Assembly (NCBI RefSeq): GCF_020745735.1 | Contig: NW_026867476.1 | Coordinates: 372,001-436,000 of the forward strand | Length of the DNA stretch: 64,000 nucleotides | Direction: 5' to 3' | From: Hemiscyllium ocellatum | Taxonomy: Eukaryota | Part shown: in pieces, positions 27,515 through 40,984 of the stretch | How the letters are laid out: every line of letters starts with the position of its first letter | How positions within the stretch are numbered: position 1 is the stretch's first letter | The notes under the pieces: model-generated | The model's database searches: none | What the model was told of the DNA's origin: nothing | The model's input: only the letters and a program-made list of their open reading frames with translations | Program-made: the position numbers and the translations under genes

Positions 27515-29264
27515 ATGGGGTGATCATTTCCCATTTCATTTCGCGAAACCTGTTGGGGAACATGAAAACTGTTGGTGGACATAAAAAAAATCTCCCCTCG
27601 ATCGAATCATCTGAATGGCCTTAGTCCTGTTTGGGTTTCCAGCCAAAATCTTCCACTGCCATTCGCTCGTGGGCATTCACTAATTTCTCCCAAATTCTAC
27701 TCATTGTTGTGGCAAATTCAGATACATTTTTTTTTGGGAGAATATATTGTCGCTTCTATGTTGCGCAAAATGCTTGAATAAAATGCAATTCTCAGCAAAG
27801 AACTGAAACACATACATAGACAAATGTTCAACCTACTAGTTATAACAACTGCAGCTGTGAAGAGTAAACCCAGAGCTCCTGGCAATATATTTGTGGAGAG
27901 TTCACGGTGAATGGGAGCAGAATTGGCTGAAGCTAAAATGGTTCACGTCAAGAGTTGGGTAATTCAGATTGTGTAATTTCTGGATCTCTGCTCGTTGGAC
28001 AATCTTTGGAAAGGCATCTTGTGAAAGCCAATGAGCATCAGGGTCCTTTATTCTCCATTTCAGTCAATAAGCTTCAAGCTCTTTTGAACCTAACTTTATA
28101 TTATGGTTGATGTGATAAAGCAACAAAGTTCTAAATAAGCGTTGCTAGACCCGAAAGGTTCACTCAGCTTTCTCTTCACAGTTGCTTCCAGACCTGCGAG
28201 ATTCTCCAGTTGTTTGCTTTTGTATCGGATTTCCAGCAACTGCAGTTCTTTGCTAATTTTTTTCACCAATGGTAGTGATTAGAAGCAGGTAAATCTCGTT
28301 GACTATGTGATCCTTCGTTTGGGTTGTTAAATTGACGGAGCTCTGTGCAATTGGTTTGAACAGCAGATGTTGAGTCTCCTGATTTCAGGAACAGAATCCA
28401 AACTGGTTTCCCACGGCCATTGCAATGTCCATATATAAATGAGGGGTGGCCTGGTGATGGAATATCAGACTCTGTGCAGTTATTTCAGGTGTAAATTACA
28501 TTTATTCATCTACAAACAAGGGCGTGGAGAGAAATGTAACCAAACGTCCCATATCGATTAATATTTCTGTAAGCAAACGCAGAAAATGAAATTAGCTCAT
28601 GCTGTTCGAGTACCAGAATCGTGGAACACCAGTTAACAAAGCTGCTCTCGGTCTTCGACAGCCCCATCAGCTGTTGCACAGGACCTGAGTGTTTGGGAGA
28701 TTCTGAGAAAATAATGACGAAATAACTAAACAAATATTTTTTGAAAGAATACAACAGTAGAATCGAATGTTGCCTCTGATGCATTGGCTGGTAAGGTCCA
28801 TTGTAACTGACTTGCATTAACTTTACTTTGTGTCATCGTAAACATGGCTCCTGCATGGATATCAAATGCACTGCAGTGGATCAAACACATGGTTCACCTC
28901 CACATTGCCTCAGATTTTCCCAGGCTAACGTATTGCTCAAAGAAAACATAAGAGATTCTGTCTAAGTCTCCCTCATTTGAATGCAAGTAGTGAAAGAGCC
29001 GAGGTAGATGCCAATGTAAATTCCAAATCCTGACTGAAGTCGTTAGACATGATACAAAAATAAATGGGATGGCAATTGGCGATGAGTATTCAAAGAGTAG
29101 ATACGATAACCAACTTACAGCCTGTTACAATGACTGAGACGAGACAAGACTCTGGCGAGATCTGCAGGAAATTTGACGCAACGAGAAAGAAACAATTTAT
29201 GAGTGGGTCGAAAGCAAATCATGAATTTTCATCAAATGCTTTCATCATGATGGCATTGTGACTT

Positions 29265-29530
29265 AGTGGTAAGCATTCCTGCTTTATAGCACCAAAGACC
29301 CTGGTTCGATTTCAGCCTCATTGAACTGTCATTTTGGCATTTGGACCTTCTCCCGATGTCAGCACGGACGTCCTGTGGGTTTTCTGGTTACCTCCCAAAG
29401 TCAAAAATGGGCTGGTTAGATAAGTTAGATATACAAGGTCTGGAGGTGACGTCCTTCAGAGGCTTGACGAACAAATGGCGTGCGTCCACATGCAGGGATT
29501 ATTTCTTTAGATTGTGTACGTATTGACAAT
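29265..29530 (+). mobile_element. Degenerate HE1-like SINE
   Basis: A-box-like tgacttagtggtaagca and B-box ggttcgatttc followed by SINE body. Confidence 0.7.
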
Positions 29531-29544
29531 TTTATATGAATTTG

Positions 29545-30200
29545 TAACATGTAAGCACCGCTGACTGGCCAGCGTTTATTACCTGACCTTCGTTGTCCTT
29601 GTGTAGGTTCGTGAGAGTTGCCTTCTTGAACTGCTGCAGTTCACCTATTCTTGATTGACCTACAATGCAGAGAAAGGGAATGATCTGTTTTTGACCAAGT
29701 GACGGTGAAGGAACGTCAATATATTTCCAAATCAAGATGGTTACTGGCTTGGAAATAATCTTGAAGGTGGTGGTGTTCCCATATATCTCCTGGCTATTGG
29801 CTTTCTAGATGGAAGGTTTCGTGGATATGGAAGGTTGCGTCGAGGATCACTGGTAACCTTCTGCATTGCATCTTGTGGTTGGAATACACTGAGCCACGGT
29901 GGCTGAGGAAGTGAATGTTCATGGATGTAGTGTCAATTAAGCCTACCTGCTTTCCCCTCGATTAGAAAGTTCCTTGGGTATTGTTCGGATTGCACTCTTC
30001 TGGGAAAGTAGACAGTACTCTGTCACACCCCTGATTCTGTCATACATATGGTGGCAGGATTTATGCCGTCAGGACAGACATTACTGGCGGCAGTGCTCCT
30101 CATCTCTGACCTGCTCTTGTAGCCATTGTGTTTATGTGTTGGGTACAGTTTTGGTCATTATAACCTCCAGGATGATGAGAGTCAGAAATTCAGTGACGCT
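29545..30200 (-). mobile_element. LINE 3-prime remnant (same repeat as 32205-32420)
   Basis: ccgctgactggccagcgtttatt...gccttcttgaactgctgcagt shared with the 32.2 kb copy. Confidence 0.55.
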
Positions 30201-30574
30201 AACACCATATTTCTTTCAAATTTTCTTCAATTGTGATTTACTTTGATCGTTAACCTCTGTGCATCATGCTTGTTATTATATACTTTCTTCCATTTCATCT
30301 TCAACAGTGAAAATCCATTCTGCACTCTGCAAGTACTACTAGTGCATCCTTCCACTTTCCATTTTCCCCGTTAATGTTTCTGATTTCCAGATATATCCTT
30401 CCTTCACCTCCATCTGCATAACCAATTGTCATTAATTCTGACTATCTTTAAATGTTGCTGCTCCATACTTTCTAGTGTAATTTGCATTCATTTGCCTTAC
30501 ATCTGATTATGAATCACACCATTAGTAATACTCATTCTTTAAAGCCAGCATAACAGAACTCCCGACACTATGCA

Positions 30575-30613
30575 AGTTATAGTACAGACTCACCCACTGT
30601 TTGTGACACTGTG
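30575..30613 (-). other. 23-RSS (CACAGTG - 23 bp - ACTATAACT)
   Basis: Follows TYLCAMR; consensus heptamer, nonamer 6/9. Confidence 0.88.
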
Positions 30614-30950
30614 TCCTCATTGCACAGAGGTAGGTCGCGGTGTCATTAAGTCTGGCGTCCTTAACAGTCAGAATACTGACTTTATTCACTGTACTGATTG
30701 AAGCAGTGATCCTCTCAGATGGATTGTCTTCTGTTTTGGCCATCACCAGATGCTCGGGTGGATGATTCGGGAGCTGAATGTACCAACGCACTGTGCTAAC
30801 TGTACTGGCAAACGAGCAATTCATGGACACAATTCCCAATTCAGTAACGACCATCCAGGTAGGAAGTTGCTTCACTTCACTTTCTCCAGTCACCTCCTTG
30901 GAGATCAGAGTAGAAAACAGCAGGACAACTCCGCAAACTTGGAACATCAT
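30614..30950 (-). CDS. TCR alpha-like V segment with leader and V in a single exon
   Basis: Uninterrupted MMFQVCGVVLLFSTLISKEVTG-ESEVKQ...SMNCSF...VRWYIQ...NDTATYLCAMR followed by a 23-RSS. Confidence 0.92.
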
Positions 30951-32204
30951 CAGATTGCAAGATCAGTGATGAAACTAATTGACCATGGAGCTTCCTTGAG
31001 GAACTGTATTTAATTATTACATTTATACAAGTAAATATCTGGAGCAATGCACGGTTCACGTCTAACTCACGCTTAACCTGTTGGAGCTGCTGAAGAAACT
31101 GAATCTGTGTTTGTTTCTGTAGCGAGCCTCTCACCCTGACAGTCGTTCACATTGTCTGGAAGTACACGCCTACAACAGCCCTCATCTTCAATATTTAGCA
31201 TGGATTCACACTGACATCTAGTGGTGTTGATAAGTAAATGCGTTGTTCAAATTCTCACACCAGTTCCGGTTCAATGGAGAAGCTCAAAATAACAGACATG
31301 GTCTCCTTCCCCGCATAACACTGTGAACAGGTGAGCCCCTGCATTTCAAATTCATGTGCAATATCCACCGATTTCAGACTATGTTCCTCCTGCATTGTAC
31401 TAAGTCTTTATTCCACAACGGAATTTCCAATGAATAAATCAAAAGTTGTTGCTCCTGGACTTACGGATGAGATCTATTGTAAAAGTAATTAGTGAACTTT
31501 ACTGTGTCTCATTGTACACGGAGCCGCTGCTTTTACATCAGATGCCCTGCAGTGTATCAGATCTATGGCTAGCCGCCACGCTGTCATGCACTATTAGCGG
31601 TAGATGCTAGCATTGCCAGCAGCACACATACGAGGTAACCAAATGTTCTAAAGGAAAAGAAAAAAGAATTGTGGTAAAGTCTCCCACATTTGAATGGCGA
31701 TGGTGAAAGAGCACAGATACATGTCATCGGACCAAACAAATCCTGATTGACGTGAATGTACCACAGATAACGCAAAAGTAAACAAGCTGGCAAGTCACCT
31801 TGATAATTCAAACAGCCCACAAGAAGACCACGTTACAGACTGCTTCTGCAAGTATGACTGCACCTTACCGTGGCAAGATCGCTTGAAATTTACAATGCCA
31901 AGAAATAAGCAATTTGTGAGTGGGGCAATATCAATTCTAAGGAAGCATTCTTGTCATGTTCTTACTGTGGCTACGTGGTATGAAGTTTACACATTTTCCC
32001 TCTGCATATCTGGAAGTGATTTAGAATTCTCCCACACGCCAAAAATGGATCAGGAAGGAAAATGAACAGTAGGAGATGCAGAGTTAGGGTAGATCTGGGT
32101 GTGAAGTACAACAGAGATTAGACGGGCAGAATGTCCTGCTGCCAAACTGTGAGGACTCTCTGCTTAGATTGTATAACTATTTATATTTTTTATTATTTAT
32201 TCAT

Positions 32205-32420
32205 TTGTGAAACGTGGGCATCGCTGACAGGTCAGCCTTTATTGCACATTTCGAGTTGCCCTTGAGAAAGTGGTGATAAGCTGTCTTCTTCAACCGCTGC
32301 AGTCCACCGGCTGTGGGTTGAACCACAATGCCATGGAGCAAAATCCATGATTTTCTCCAAGATCCATCGACAGAGAATGAACAGCGATATATTTTTCAAG
32401 TAAGGATGGTGTCACAAAGA
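32205..32420 (-). mobile_element. LINE 3-prime remnant
   Basis: ggcatcgctgacaggtcagcctttattgc...gcccttgagaaagtggtgataagctgtcttcttcaaccgctgcagtcc; paralog at 29545. Confidence 0.55.
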
Positions 32421-32589
32421 TAGTTCTTTTTCTCTTAGCTCTTCTTTTTCTCAAGTTTACTGATTCCTTGTATTTATTTTCAGAAGGACTGTAAAACAGG
32501 GCTCTGAACTCGATTGGTTTCGTACAGAGATGAAAAGGGAATTGCGGGCATTTTTGTTTGTACGTAAACAGATGAGACTTTAGGCCAAA

Positions 32590-35470
32590 GCTTTTATGTT
32601 TTATAAGTGACCTACAATGAAAGAGTAATGGTCAGTTCTGAAAGCTGAATTATTTTTGTTAGTCAGTTCAGAAGCAATGGACTGTTTGGCTTAGGGCAGT
32701 TGCAGGATATTCTGGAGGGGGACAGAAAATAGTCAGTAGTCATGGTACGCCTTGGTACGAATAGTACAGGAAAAATGAACTAGCCTGAGATCCAAAAATC
32801 ACAATGCACAGAACTAGGAAAAAAGTTGAAATACAGTACCTTGAATGTACTTATCTCAAGATTACTACAAGTGTAATGACCTGGTCAGAATCGAAAAGCA
32901 GGATGTATAGGATGAGCACTGGTTGAAAAGAAGGCGTAAGCAGGAAGGTATCAGATTCGCTGGGCATTGGGAGCGTTCCTGGGGTATTTGGGACTGGACA
33001 AACTCAACTGGTTACACTTGGGCAGAACCAGGACTGATGTGCTTGGGGGTGTACTAGGTTAGATTAATTGAGGAGGAGTTAAAATCGTATGACAAGGGAA
33101 TAGGTACCAGAGGTGTAGAGCAGCAGATGGACAAAATAAGGGAGATGGGGAAACCATGGCAAATGTGACTAAGATCAAGAACAGTAAGGCAACGTTGCTG
33201 AAAAGAGCAGGGGCGGCGGGCTGAAATCCATATGCTTCAATGTGAGAAGTATAAGCGTAAGGAATACGGCCTGTCAAAGACAGAAGTGGGATGTTGTGTG
33301 TGGACTCTGTGGAGATCAGAGTGGTACTAAAATAAACATTTCTCATCTGTTTTCAATCAGAACTGGGAGAATATTATCGAGGAGAAGACGGAGATAGGGG
33401 CTATTAGACTTGAAGGGATTGAGGTTAGTAAGGAGGTGGTGTTATCCATTCTCAAGGGTGTGAAACTAAATATATCCGCTGGGCCTGAAGAGATTTCTCT
33501 GAGAATTTTCTGGGACGTTAGGAGAGAGATGGAGGAACCTTTGGCCTGATCTTTCAGTCCTCATTGTCTACAGGTTTAGTACCAGCTGACTGGAAGATTG
33601 CAAATGTAGTGCACTTTCCCAAGAAGGGTAGTAGACATGTCATAGGCCAGCGAGCCTTATGTCTGTTGTAAGGAAAGGTTTGAAAAGGAGTATTAGAGTT
33701 CGGATTTATGATTATCTTACAAGCAACAATTTTCCTGGCAATACTAAAAATGTATTCATCAAGGGTAAGTCGTGTCTCATATACCTCACAGAATTTTTTT
33801 CAGGAGGTGACCAAGTATGTGGATGAGGGTAGGGCAGTTGACATACTGTACATGGACTTCAGTAAAGCTTGTAATAAGTTTCCACATGATAGGCTATTGG
33901 AGAAAATGCGGTGGCATTGGAAGGAAGGTGATTTAGCAGTTCGGATTGGAATCTGGCTTTCTGTAAGAAGGCAACGAGTGGTGGTTCATGGAAAATGTTC
34001 AGCTTGGAGTCCGGTGGCATACTAGTGGCATTCCACAAGAATCTGTTTTGGACCATTTTATAAACGAATTGAACGCAGGCACAGGTGGGTGAGTTAGTAA
34101 GTTTGCAGATGATACAAAAGTCAGTGGAGTGGTGGGTAGTGTGGAAGAATGTTGCAGGTTGCAAGGAGACTTGGATAAATTACAGAATTGGGCTGTAAGG
34201 TGTCAAATGGTGTTCAAAGCAGATTAATGTGACGTGACTCACTTTGGGAAGAATAACAGAAAAACAGAATATTGGGTCAATAGAAAGATTCTTGGTAGTG
34301 CGCATGTCAAAATGTTTTTTAAAAAAACAAGGGTATTGAGTGCCTGAAAAAGTATTTACGAAGATAGGTCCTCAGGACCTGATGGGATTTATCTCAGAAT
34401 ATTCAAGGAGGAAAATGAATAATATGCTGGTGCATTAACAGACATCCTTATACGCTCTTTGGATACAGGTATGATCCCAGAAGACTACAGACTAGACAAT
34501 GTTGTCCCATTGTTTAAACATAGTAGCAGGGATAATTCAGGAAATTACAGGCCTGAGAGTCTCACATCAGTGGCAGGAAAAGTACTGGAAAGCATTTTCA
34601 GGTTCAAGATCTTTGCGTATTCATGAGCAATGGGACTTAATGGTGATACCTAACACGTCTTTGTGCAGTGGAGTTTGTGCCTCACTAAATTTTTTGAAAT
34701 TTTTGAGAAGGTAGTGAAGATGACTAATGAGAGAAATGCAGTGAATGTTGTCTACTTTGACTAAAGTAAAGCTTTTAACAAGGTCCCACATGGCAGGCTG
34801 GTGCAAAAGGTGAAGTCATTTTGCATTCAGGTGAGTTGGCAAGGTGGATGCAGAGGCTTAGTCATAGGTAACAGAGGGTCGCGGCAGAATAATGCTTTTC
34901 GGAATGGAGACTTGTGGCTAGTGGATTTGCACATGGATCAGTGCTCTGACCTCTGCTGATCGCGGTGTACCGAAATGACTTGGAAGAAACGTGGCTGGTC
35001 TAACAAGTAAGTTTAAGGAAAATACAAAGGCAAGTGGAGTTGTGGATAGTGAAGAAGGCTATCATAGAACATAGAAGGGTATAAGTCATTTGGAGGCATG
35101 GACAGGAAAAAGGCAGATTGAGTTTTGTTTGGACAGCTGTAAAGTGATGAGTTTGAAAGATCAACACAAGTGGAAATTTAAAAAGTAAATGGCAGAACCT
35201 GTAGGAATCTTGATAAGCTGTGGGATCTGGATGTCAGGTCCACACATTACTGAAGGTGATAGTACGGATAGATAAGGTCGCAAAAAAAAGGTCTATGGTA
35301 TGCTTGTCTTCATTGGAAGTGGTATTGAATATAAGGATAGAAAGATAGGCTGCACCGTTATGGAACCTCAGTAAGGCCACACCTGAAATCTTGATAAAGT
35401 TTTGATCACCACACTACCAGAAAAATGAGGCCGTAGTGGAGAGGTTGCAGGAAAGGTTTGCCATGATGTT
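32590..35470 (+). mobile_element. Degenerate CR1 sequence (ORF1 esterase-like end, ORF2 pieces; RT region present twice)
   Basis: VRLGTN-like motif at ~32745; YVDEGRAVDILYMDFSKA (33820) and FADDTK (34105); second RT copy from ~34370. Confidence 0.8.
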
Positions 35471-36342
35471 GCCCGGTAACGGGAAAGTTTAACTGCAAAG
35501 CATATTAGTGCATATGACAAGCTCTGGCCAGAACTTCGTCCTGAGAGGAATAGAAGTTGGGAAAAGGGGAGATCCTCCACCACTAAACCAAGAGTACAGA
35601 GCACTGGCAAGCGTTTACCATAGGATAAAAAGAAAGCCCATGAGAGTGGAAAGGAGGTGGAAGGCCTCATATGTTTCCACTGTGGTAAAGTGGGACACCT
35701 AAAGACACAGTGCTGGTCATCAAAGAAAGGCGTTGTGGGAAAAATGTCACAAAATAAGCTAAGCCAGTGGCATTAGTCAAGGAAGTAAAGGAGGCTCAAA
35801 GACGAGCCGAGGAGCTACAGGAGAGTGCACAATCTAGATGGGGCTGGGTATGGAGGTAGTACCTCATCTCTCCAAAGAATATGCCTCTGTGTTCAGATTT
35901 ACGCAGAAAGAACAGGGGGAGAAGGACAAGAAGTTAGAATTAGGATAATTACAGAATCAAACCAGTCTCTGATAGTAAGTAATGAGCGAATGTGCCCTCT
36001 TTATGCTCTATTCCCTGACAGTGTGTTAATTTGTGTGATAGATGGAGATAAATGTAGCGTTACCCTGTGTAAAGTCAGGTTGAAGTGCCAACTTAAGTCT
36101 GGGGAAGTTACAGTAGGATTGATTGACAGCGTGCGAGTTCCAGGATTTCAGTTTGTTCTTGGGAATGATTTGGCAGGATCCATGGGAGGAGGACACGCCT
36201 TGTTATGGAGAAGCCCACGGAAGACGAATAAACTGAGGACTTAAAACAGAAATATCCTGGTATTTTCTCAGACTACGTGTTAACCAGATCCCACTATCAT
36301 AAGTCACAGCACGAAGTGAAAACAAAAGTGAATGATGAAGGA

Positions 36343-36712
36343 ACAAAGAACAAAGAAAATTTACAGCCCATGAACAGGCCCTTCGACCCTCCAAGCCTGA
36401 GCAGATCCAAATGTACTGTCTAAACCTATCGGTCAATTCCCAAGCATTTGTATCCCTCTGCTCCGCAGCTACTCATACATATGTCCTGACACATCTTAAA
36501 TGAATATACCGTGCCTGCCTCTGCCACCTCTGCTGGCAACGCTTTCCAAACGCCCACCAACCTCTGTGTGAAGTACTTGCCATGTGTATCCCCCTTAAAC
36601 TTTCCACCTCTCACCTTGGAAGCATGACCTCTCGTTATTGAATCATTCACTCTGGAAAAAAGCTTACCTGTATCCATCCTATCTATACCCTTCATAATTT
36701 TGTAAACAAATC
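36343..36712 (-). mobile_element. CR1 3-prime end inserted in the Gypsy element, 8-bp target-site duplication ATGAAGGA
   Basis: (TTCTTTG)n-type tail at left end; ATGAAGGA at 36335-36342 and 36713-36720. Confidence 0.85.
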
Positions 36713-38747
36713 ATGAAGGAGTTGAGGTTCAGTTCGCATATACACTTATGACGTAATGGGCAGGCAAATCTACCAGAACTGGCAGAGGGACACACGGAAC
36801 TGTGTAGTCCTGAAAGACTCAGAGACTTGTAACAACATGGCAAGACAATAAAAGATGTATATATTGATGCATACTCTGACAAGCAGGTCGAGAATATTCC
36901 AGATTATTGTGTGAAAGATAGAATCCGAAGATGGAAATACAGATCACGGCAGGTTAGTGCAGAGAGGAAATGGGCGAAAGTGCATGATATTATGTTGTCA
37001 GTTGAATTCAGAAAGGAGGTTTTACGCGTAGTACATGAACTACCCGTACGCGGTCACCTGGGGTTCGAAAAATACAGGCTAATGTACAAAAGCATTGTTA
37101 TTGGACTGGAACGCACACGGATGTGGTTAACTTTTGACACGTGTGTCTAACATGCCAAATGGTATTTAAGTCACAGACGGTAATAAAACCAGCAACTTTG
37201 TTGCCAATTCCCCCATTTGAAGAATCCTTCATGCAGGCTATAATTGATTGTCTAGGTCCCCTCCCGTGTACTCAAAGTGTGAACCAGTACTTGTTAACCA
37301 TAATAGATATGTCTACCAGATTTCTGGAGGCAATTGCATTATGGAATATGAAGGCAAAAAGAGTAGTGAAGGACTTAGTCGGTTTCTTCACACGGTATGG
37401 TCTACCCAGAGAGATTCAATTGTACCCAGGGTCAAGGTTTGCTGCCAGACTCATGAAGGAGGTTATGGATAGCTTAGGTATACAGCACTTTAAACCCAAT
37501 GCGTATCATCCTGAATCCCAGCGAGCTTTAGAAAGTTGGGATCAGACCTTACAGACCATTTTGAGAGTATACTTTCAGGATTATCCGAACGATTGGGATA
37601 AAGGCATCCCATTGGTATTGTTTACTATTAGAGATGCCCCGAACGAATCTACTCAGTTTACTCCCTTTGAGTGAATACTCGATCATGAAATGAGAGGCCC
37701 TTTGAAATTAATTAAGTAAAAATTTTGCCGGACCAAAATTGCAAATCTCACAATTAGATTATGTATCAGAGCTGACGGAGAGATTAAATCGAGTTTAGGT
37801 GAATAGGGTAAATAGCACCTGTAAAGGGCACAGTATAGAATGAAGCAGGTGGCAAATAAAAGCTCTGAGTCTCGAAAGTTTTTCTGAGGGGAAAACGTAT
37901 TAATACCGTGACCAGTGATAGGAGATTCCCTCACAGCCAGGTTTAGTGGTTCCTTTCAAATTGAGAAAAATTTGACTCAGGCGAACTGTTTAGTAAAGAT
38001 GCCAGATAGAAAGAGAGATGTATCGGACATGTCATGTGAACATGTTTAAACACTATTACCCTGGAGAGAAAGAATTGGAGAAACAGGTGTTTGTTACTGC
38101 CCCACAGAAGGAGAAATCAAATCCAGACTATATGGGTTTTGAAATGCTTCAAAATCGATTAAAACATGAAGTCCTTCGGGCGTGGGGTACGTTAGTAAGC
38201 TATCTGTCTCAGGAGCATACAATTCAGTTGAAAGATTTGTTACTGCAACACACAGCCATACGTTAGAATCAGATGAGGAGGACTAATGCGATTGTACGTG
38301 AAGTAGACAGAGGAAACACTGCTCAAATAAAACAACACCTCTACCGGCTTAATCCTTTCAAAGCCAGACGGGTCCAAAATGGGGTAGACGTCTTAGTTGA
38401 TGAAGTAATCATCGAACCAAGCCAGATCGAACGGGGTTCACTGATCTTTTTCGTTCCCAATCCGGATGGGACTCAACAGCCTCTGCATGGATTATCAGAA
38501 GATCAATGCCATTTTAAATTCGGACTCATATCCAATTCCTAGATTGGAGGACTATATCGAGAAATTTGGACACGCCAGTTACGTCACCAAGTTGGACGTA
38601 ATGCATGATTACTGGAAGGTAGCTTTGCCAGAGATGGCGAAAGAAATTTCTGCATTTGCAACCAGAAATGGGCTGTATCAGTTTAAAGTAACGCCCTTTG
38701 AAATGAAGAATGGGCCCGCCATATTCCAAAGACTCATGAAGAGAGTT

Positions 38748-39027
38748 GGAGCGGCATGGTGGCTCAGTGGTTAGCACTGTTGCCCCACAGTATCAGGGTC
38801 CAATGTTGGATTCCAGCCTCGGGCAATTGCGCGGAGTTTGCGCATTTTCCCTGTATCTGCGTGGTGTGATGCGGTTTCCTCCCACAGTCAGTTGAACTGG
38901 CCAAGCTAAATTGCCCATAGTGGTTGGTGTATCAGTCAGAGGGAATGGGTCGGGTGGGTTACTCTATGGAGGGTCGGTGTGGACTGGTTGGCCCGAAGGG
39001 CCTGTTTCCACACTGTAGGGAATCTAA
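38748..39027 (+). mobile_element. HE1-like tRNA-derived SINE inserted in the Gypsy RT
   Basis: gcggcatggtggctcagtggttagcactg A-box, ttggattcc B-box, CR1-like tail ggcccgaagggcctgtttccacactgtagggaatctaa; interrupts the RT frame. Confidence 0.88.
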
Positions 39028-40423
39028 GTTAACGAACTGTGCAGTCCATTTGGACGATGTAGAGATCTTTAGTGTGTCCTGGAAAGATCACATGGCACAG
39101 CTGGCGGAGCTATTGAGTTTGCTACTGTCTTTCCAATATTTTTATGTGTATGTCACGAACAATGTGGTGGAGTCAGTTGTGTACACTGATCACAATCTGC
39201 TTACATTCTTATAACGTTTTAAAAGTTAGAATTTGAGACGATTTCATTGTTGTCGAATGCAATAGCCGTGTAAATTAAAAAAAAGTCATTATCCAGGTCA
39301 GAAGGACGCCATCAAAGATGCGTTATCATTGATTTAACTGATGGAGTTTAGATGAGATTTGTCTTTATTTGATGTTATATATATACAGGTATATGGGATG
39401 AAGTTAAGGTGAACTTATAATCAATTTACCTGTATGTCAGCGTAATGTGTTTAAAAAGTAGAGAAAAAATAAAGTCATCTTTCATTATGATAGTTCATTT
39501 TCTCTTGAGGGGGAGCTGTGATGAAGATATGGGTGTACTCTAAGCAAGTTAAAAGCAGCAGAACTACCAGACACGGCACCAAGAATTCTCAATAAGTTAA
39601 CAATGTTACACTTGATGAAAAACTCGATTACATCGTTGCCTTGAGACAAAACCGTTTTGTCTACCCCATTCAAATTATTCCTTTCTAGATGATTAGAAAT
39701 CAACTTACTAATAATCATTTCCAGCAGTTTACCCACACCGAAGTTGGATCACTGGTCTCTCATTTCCGGGGCTGTCTCTACTACCTGATTGAACAAGGGG
39801 ACAACATTTGCTATTCTCCAGTCTTCTGACACGAATCCTGCCGACAATGACGACATAAAGATAAAAGCTACAGGCTCTGAAATCTCCGCCCGAGCTTCCA
39901 AGCGAATGCTAGGATAAATCCCATCCAGCCCAGTGAATTTAGCGATTTTTGCACCTTCCAGAATTGCTAACGCATCCTCCTTATGAAACTCAATCCTGTC
40001 TCGTCTAATAGCCTGTATCTTAGTACGCTCCTCGACAGAATTGTTTTTTTCCTGTGTAAATACTGACGAAAAATATTCATTTTCGGTCTCTCCTGTCTCT
40101 TTGGACTCTACACTCAACTTACTACTACTACTGTCCTTGATTGGCCCTAACCTTAGTCTCGTCACTCTTTTATTTCTGACATACTTATAGAAAGACTTAT
40201 TGCCTTCCTTGATCCAAAGACGTTTCATGCCCCCTCCTGGCTCTTCTTAGCTCCCTGTTTAGATCTTTCCAGGCTAACATGTATTTCTCAAACGCTCGGG
40301 CTGAGCCTTTAATTCTCGTCTTCCCATAAGCCTCCTTCTTCCTCTTGAAATGAAACTCAACTTCCTTAGTAAACCACGGTTCAGTGTCTCGACCATTTCC
40401 CCTCTGCCTGACAGTTACATAAT

Positions 40424-40661
40424 CAGAGCTGAAAAATGTGTAGCTGGAAAAGCGCAACAGGTCAGGCAGCATCTAACGAGCAGGAGAATCGACGTTTCGG
40501 GCATAAGCCCTTCTTCAGGAATCCTGAAGCCATTCCTGACGAAGGGCTTATGCCCGAAACGTCGATTCTCCTGCTCCTTGGATGCTGCCTGACCTGCTCG
40601 CTTTTCCAGCAACACATTTTACAGCTCTGATCTCCAGCATCTGCAGTCCTCACTTTCTCCT
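40424..40661. mobile_element. Fold-back (hairpin) element resembling Penelope terminal repeat, with 11-bp TSD AGTTACATAAT
   Basis: Arms 40422-~40520 and ~40532-40631 are near-perfect reverse complements; direct repeat at 40413-40423 and 40662-40672. Confidence 0.85.
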
Positions 40662-40984
40662 AGTTACATAATTGCCAAGGACACGCGATAGTTATTTCTT
40701 GAACGTGCTCCACATTTCAGTTGTGCGCACCCCCTGCAGTTTCTTTCCTCGTCCTATGCATCCTAAACCTTGCTTTATCGCCTCATAATTGCGTTCTGTC
40801 CAGCTATGACTCTTGCCATACAGTAAATTATCATCACTTTCCATCACGAAAATAACCGTAACTGAATTGTGGTAACTAACACAAAAGTACTTATCAACCT
40901 CCAAAACTAACATCTGTCCTGGTTCCTTATCCAGTGACAAATCCAGTGTGGCTTTGCCTCTTGTTGGCCGATATACATCCTGTC

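Larger units (their letters stand above)
35480..39340 (+). mobile_element. Decayed Gypsy LTR retrotransposon with Gmr1-type order gag-PR-IN-RT
   Basis: CFHCGKVGHLKTQC zinc knuckle (~35675); integrase core 37141-37674 (IIDCLGPLP...TRFLEAIAL...YHPESQRALE); RT downstream (YPIPRLED...KLD...YQFKVTPFEMKNGPAIFQRLM, 38466-38750; HLDD ~39050). LTRs not identified. Confidence 0.9.

Noticed and set aside
30534-30572. Possible second RSS after the single-exon V (CATAGTG)
   Set aside because: Critical CAC is broken and no nonamer is at the right spacing.
38748-38820. tRNA gene-like A and B boxes
   Set aside because: Head of a SINE continuing into SINE body and CR1-like tail; no cloverleaf.
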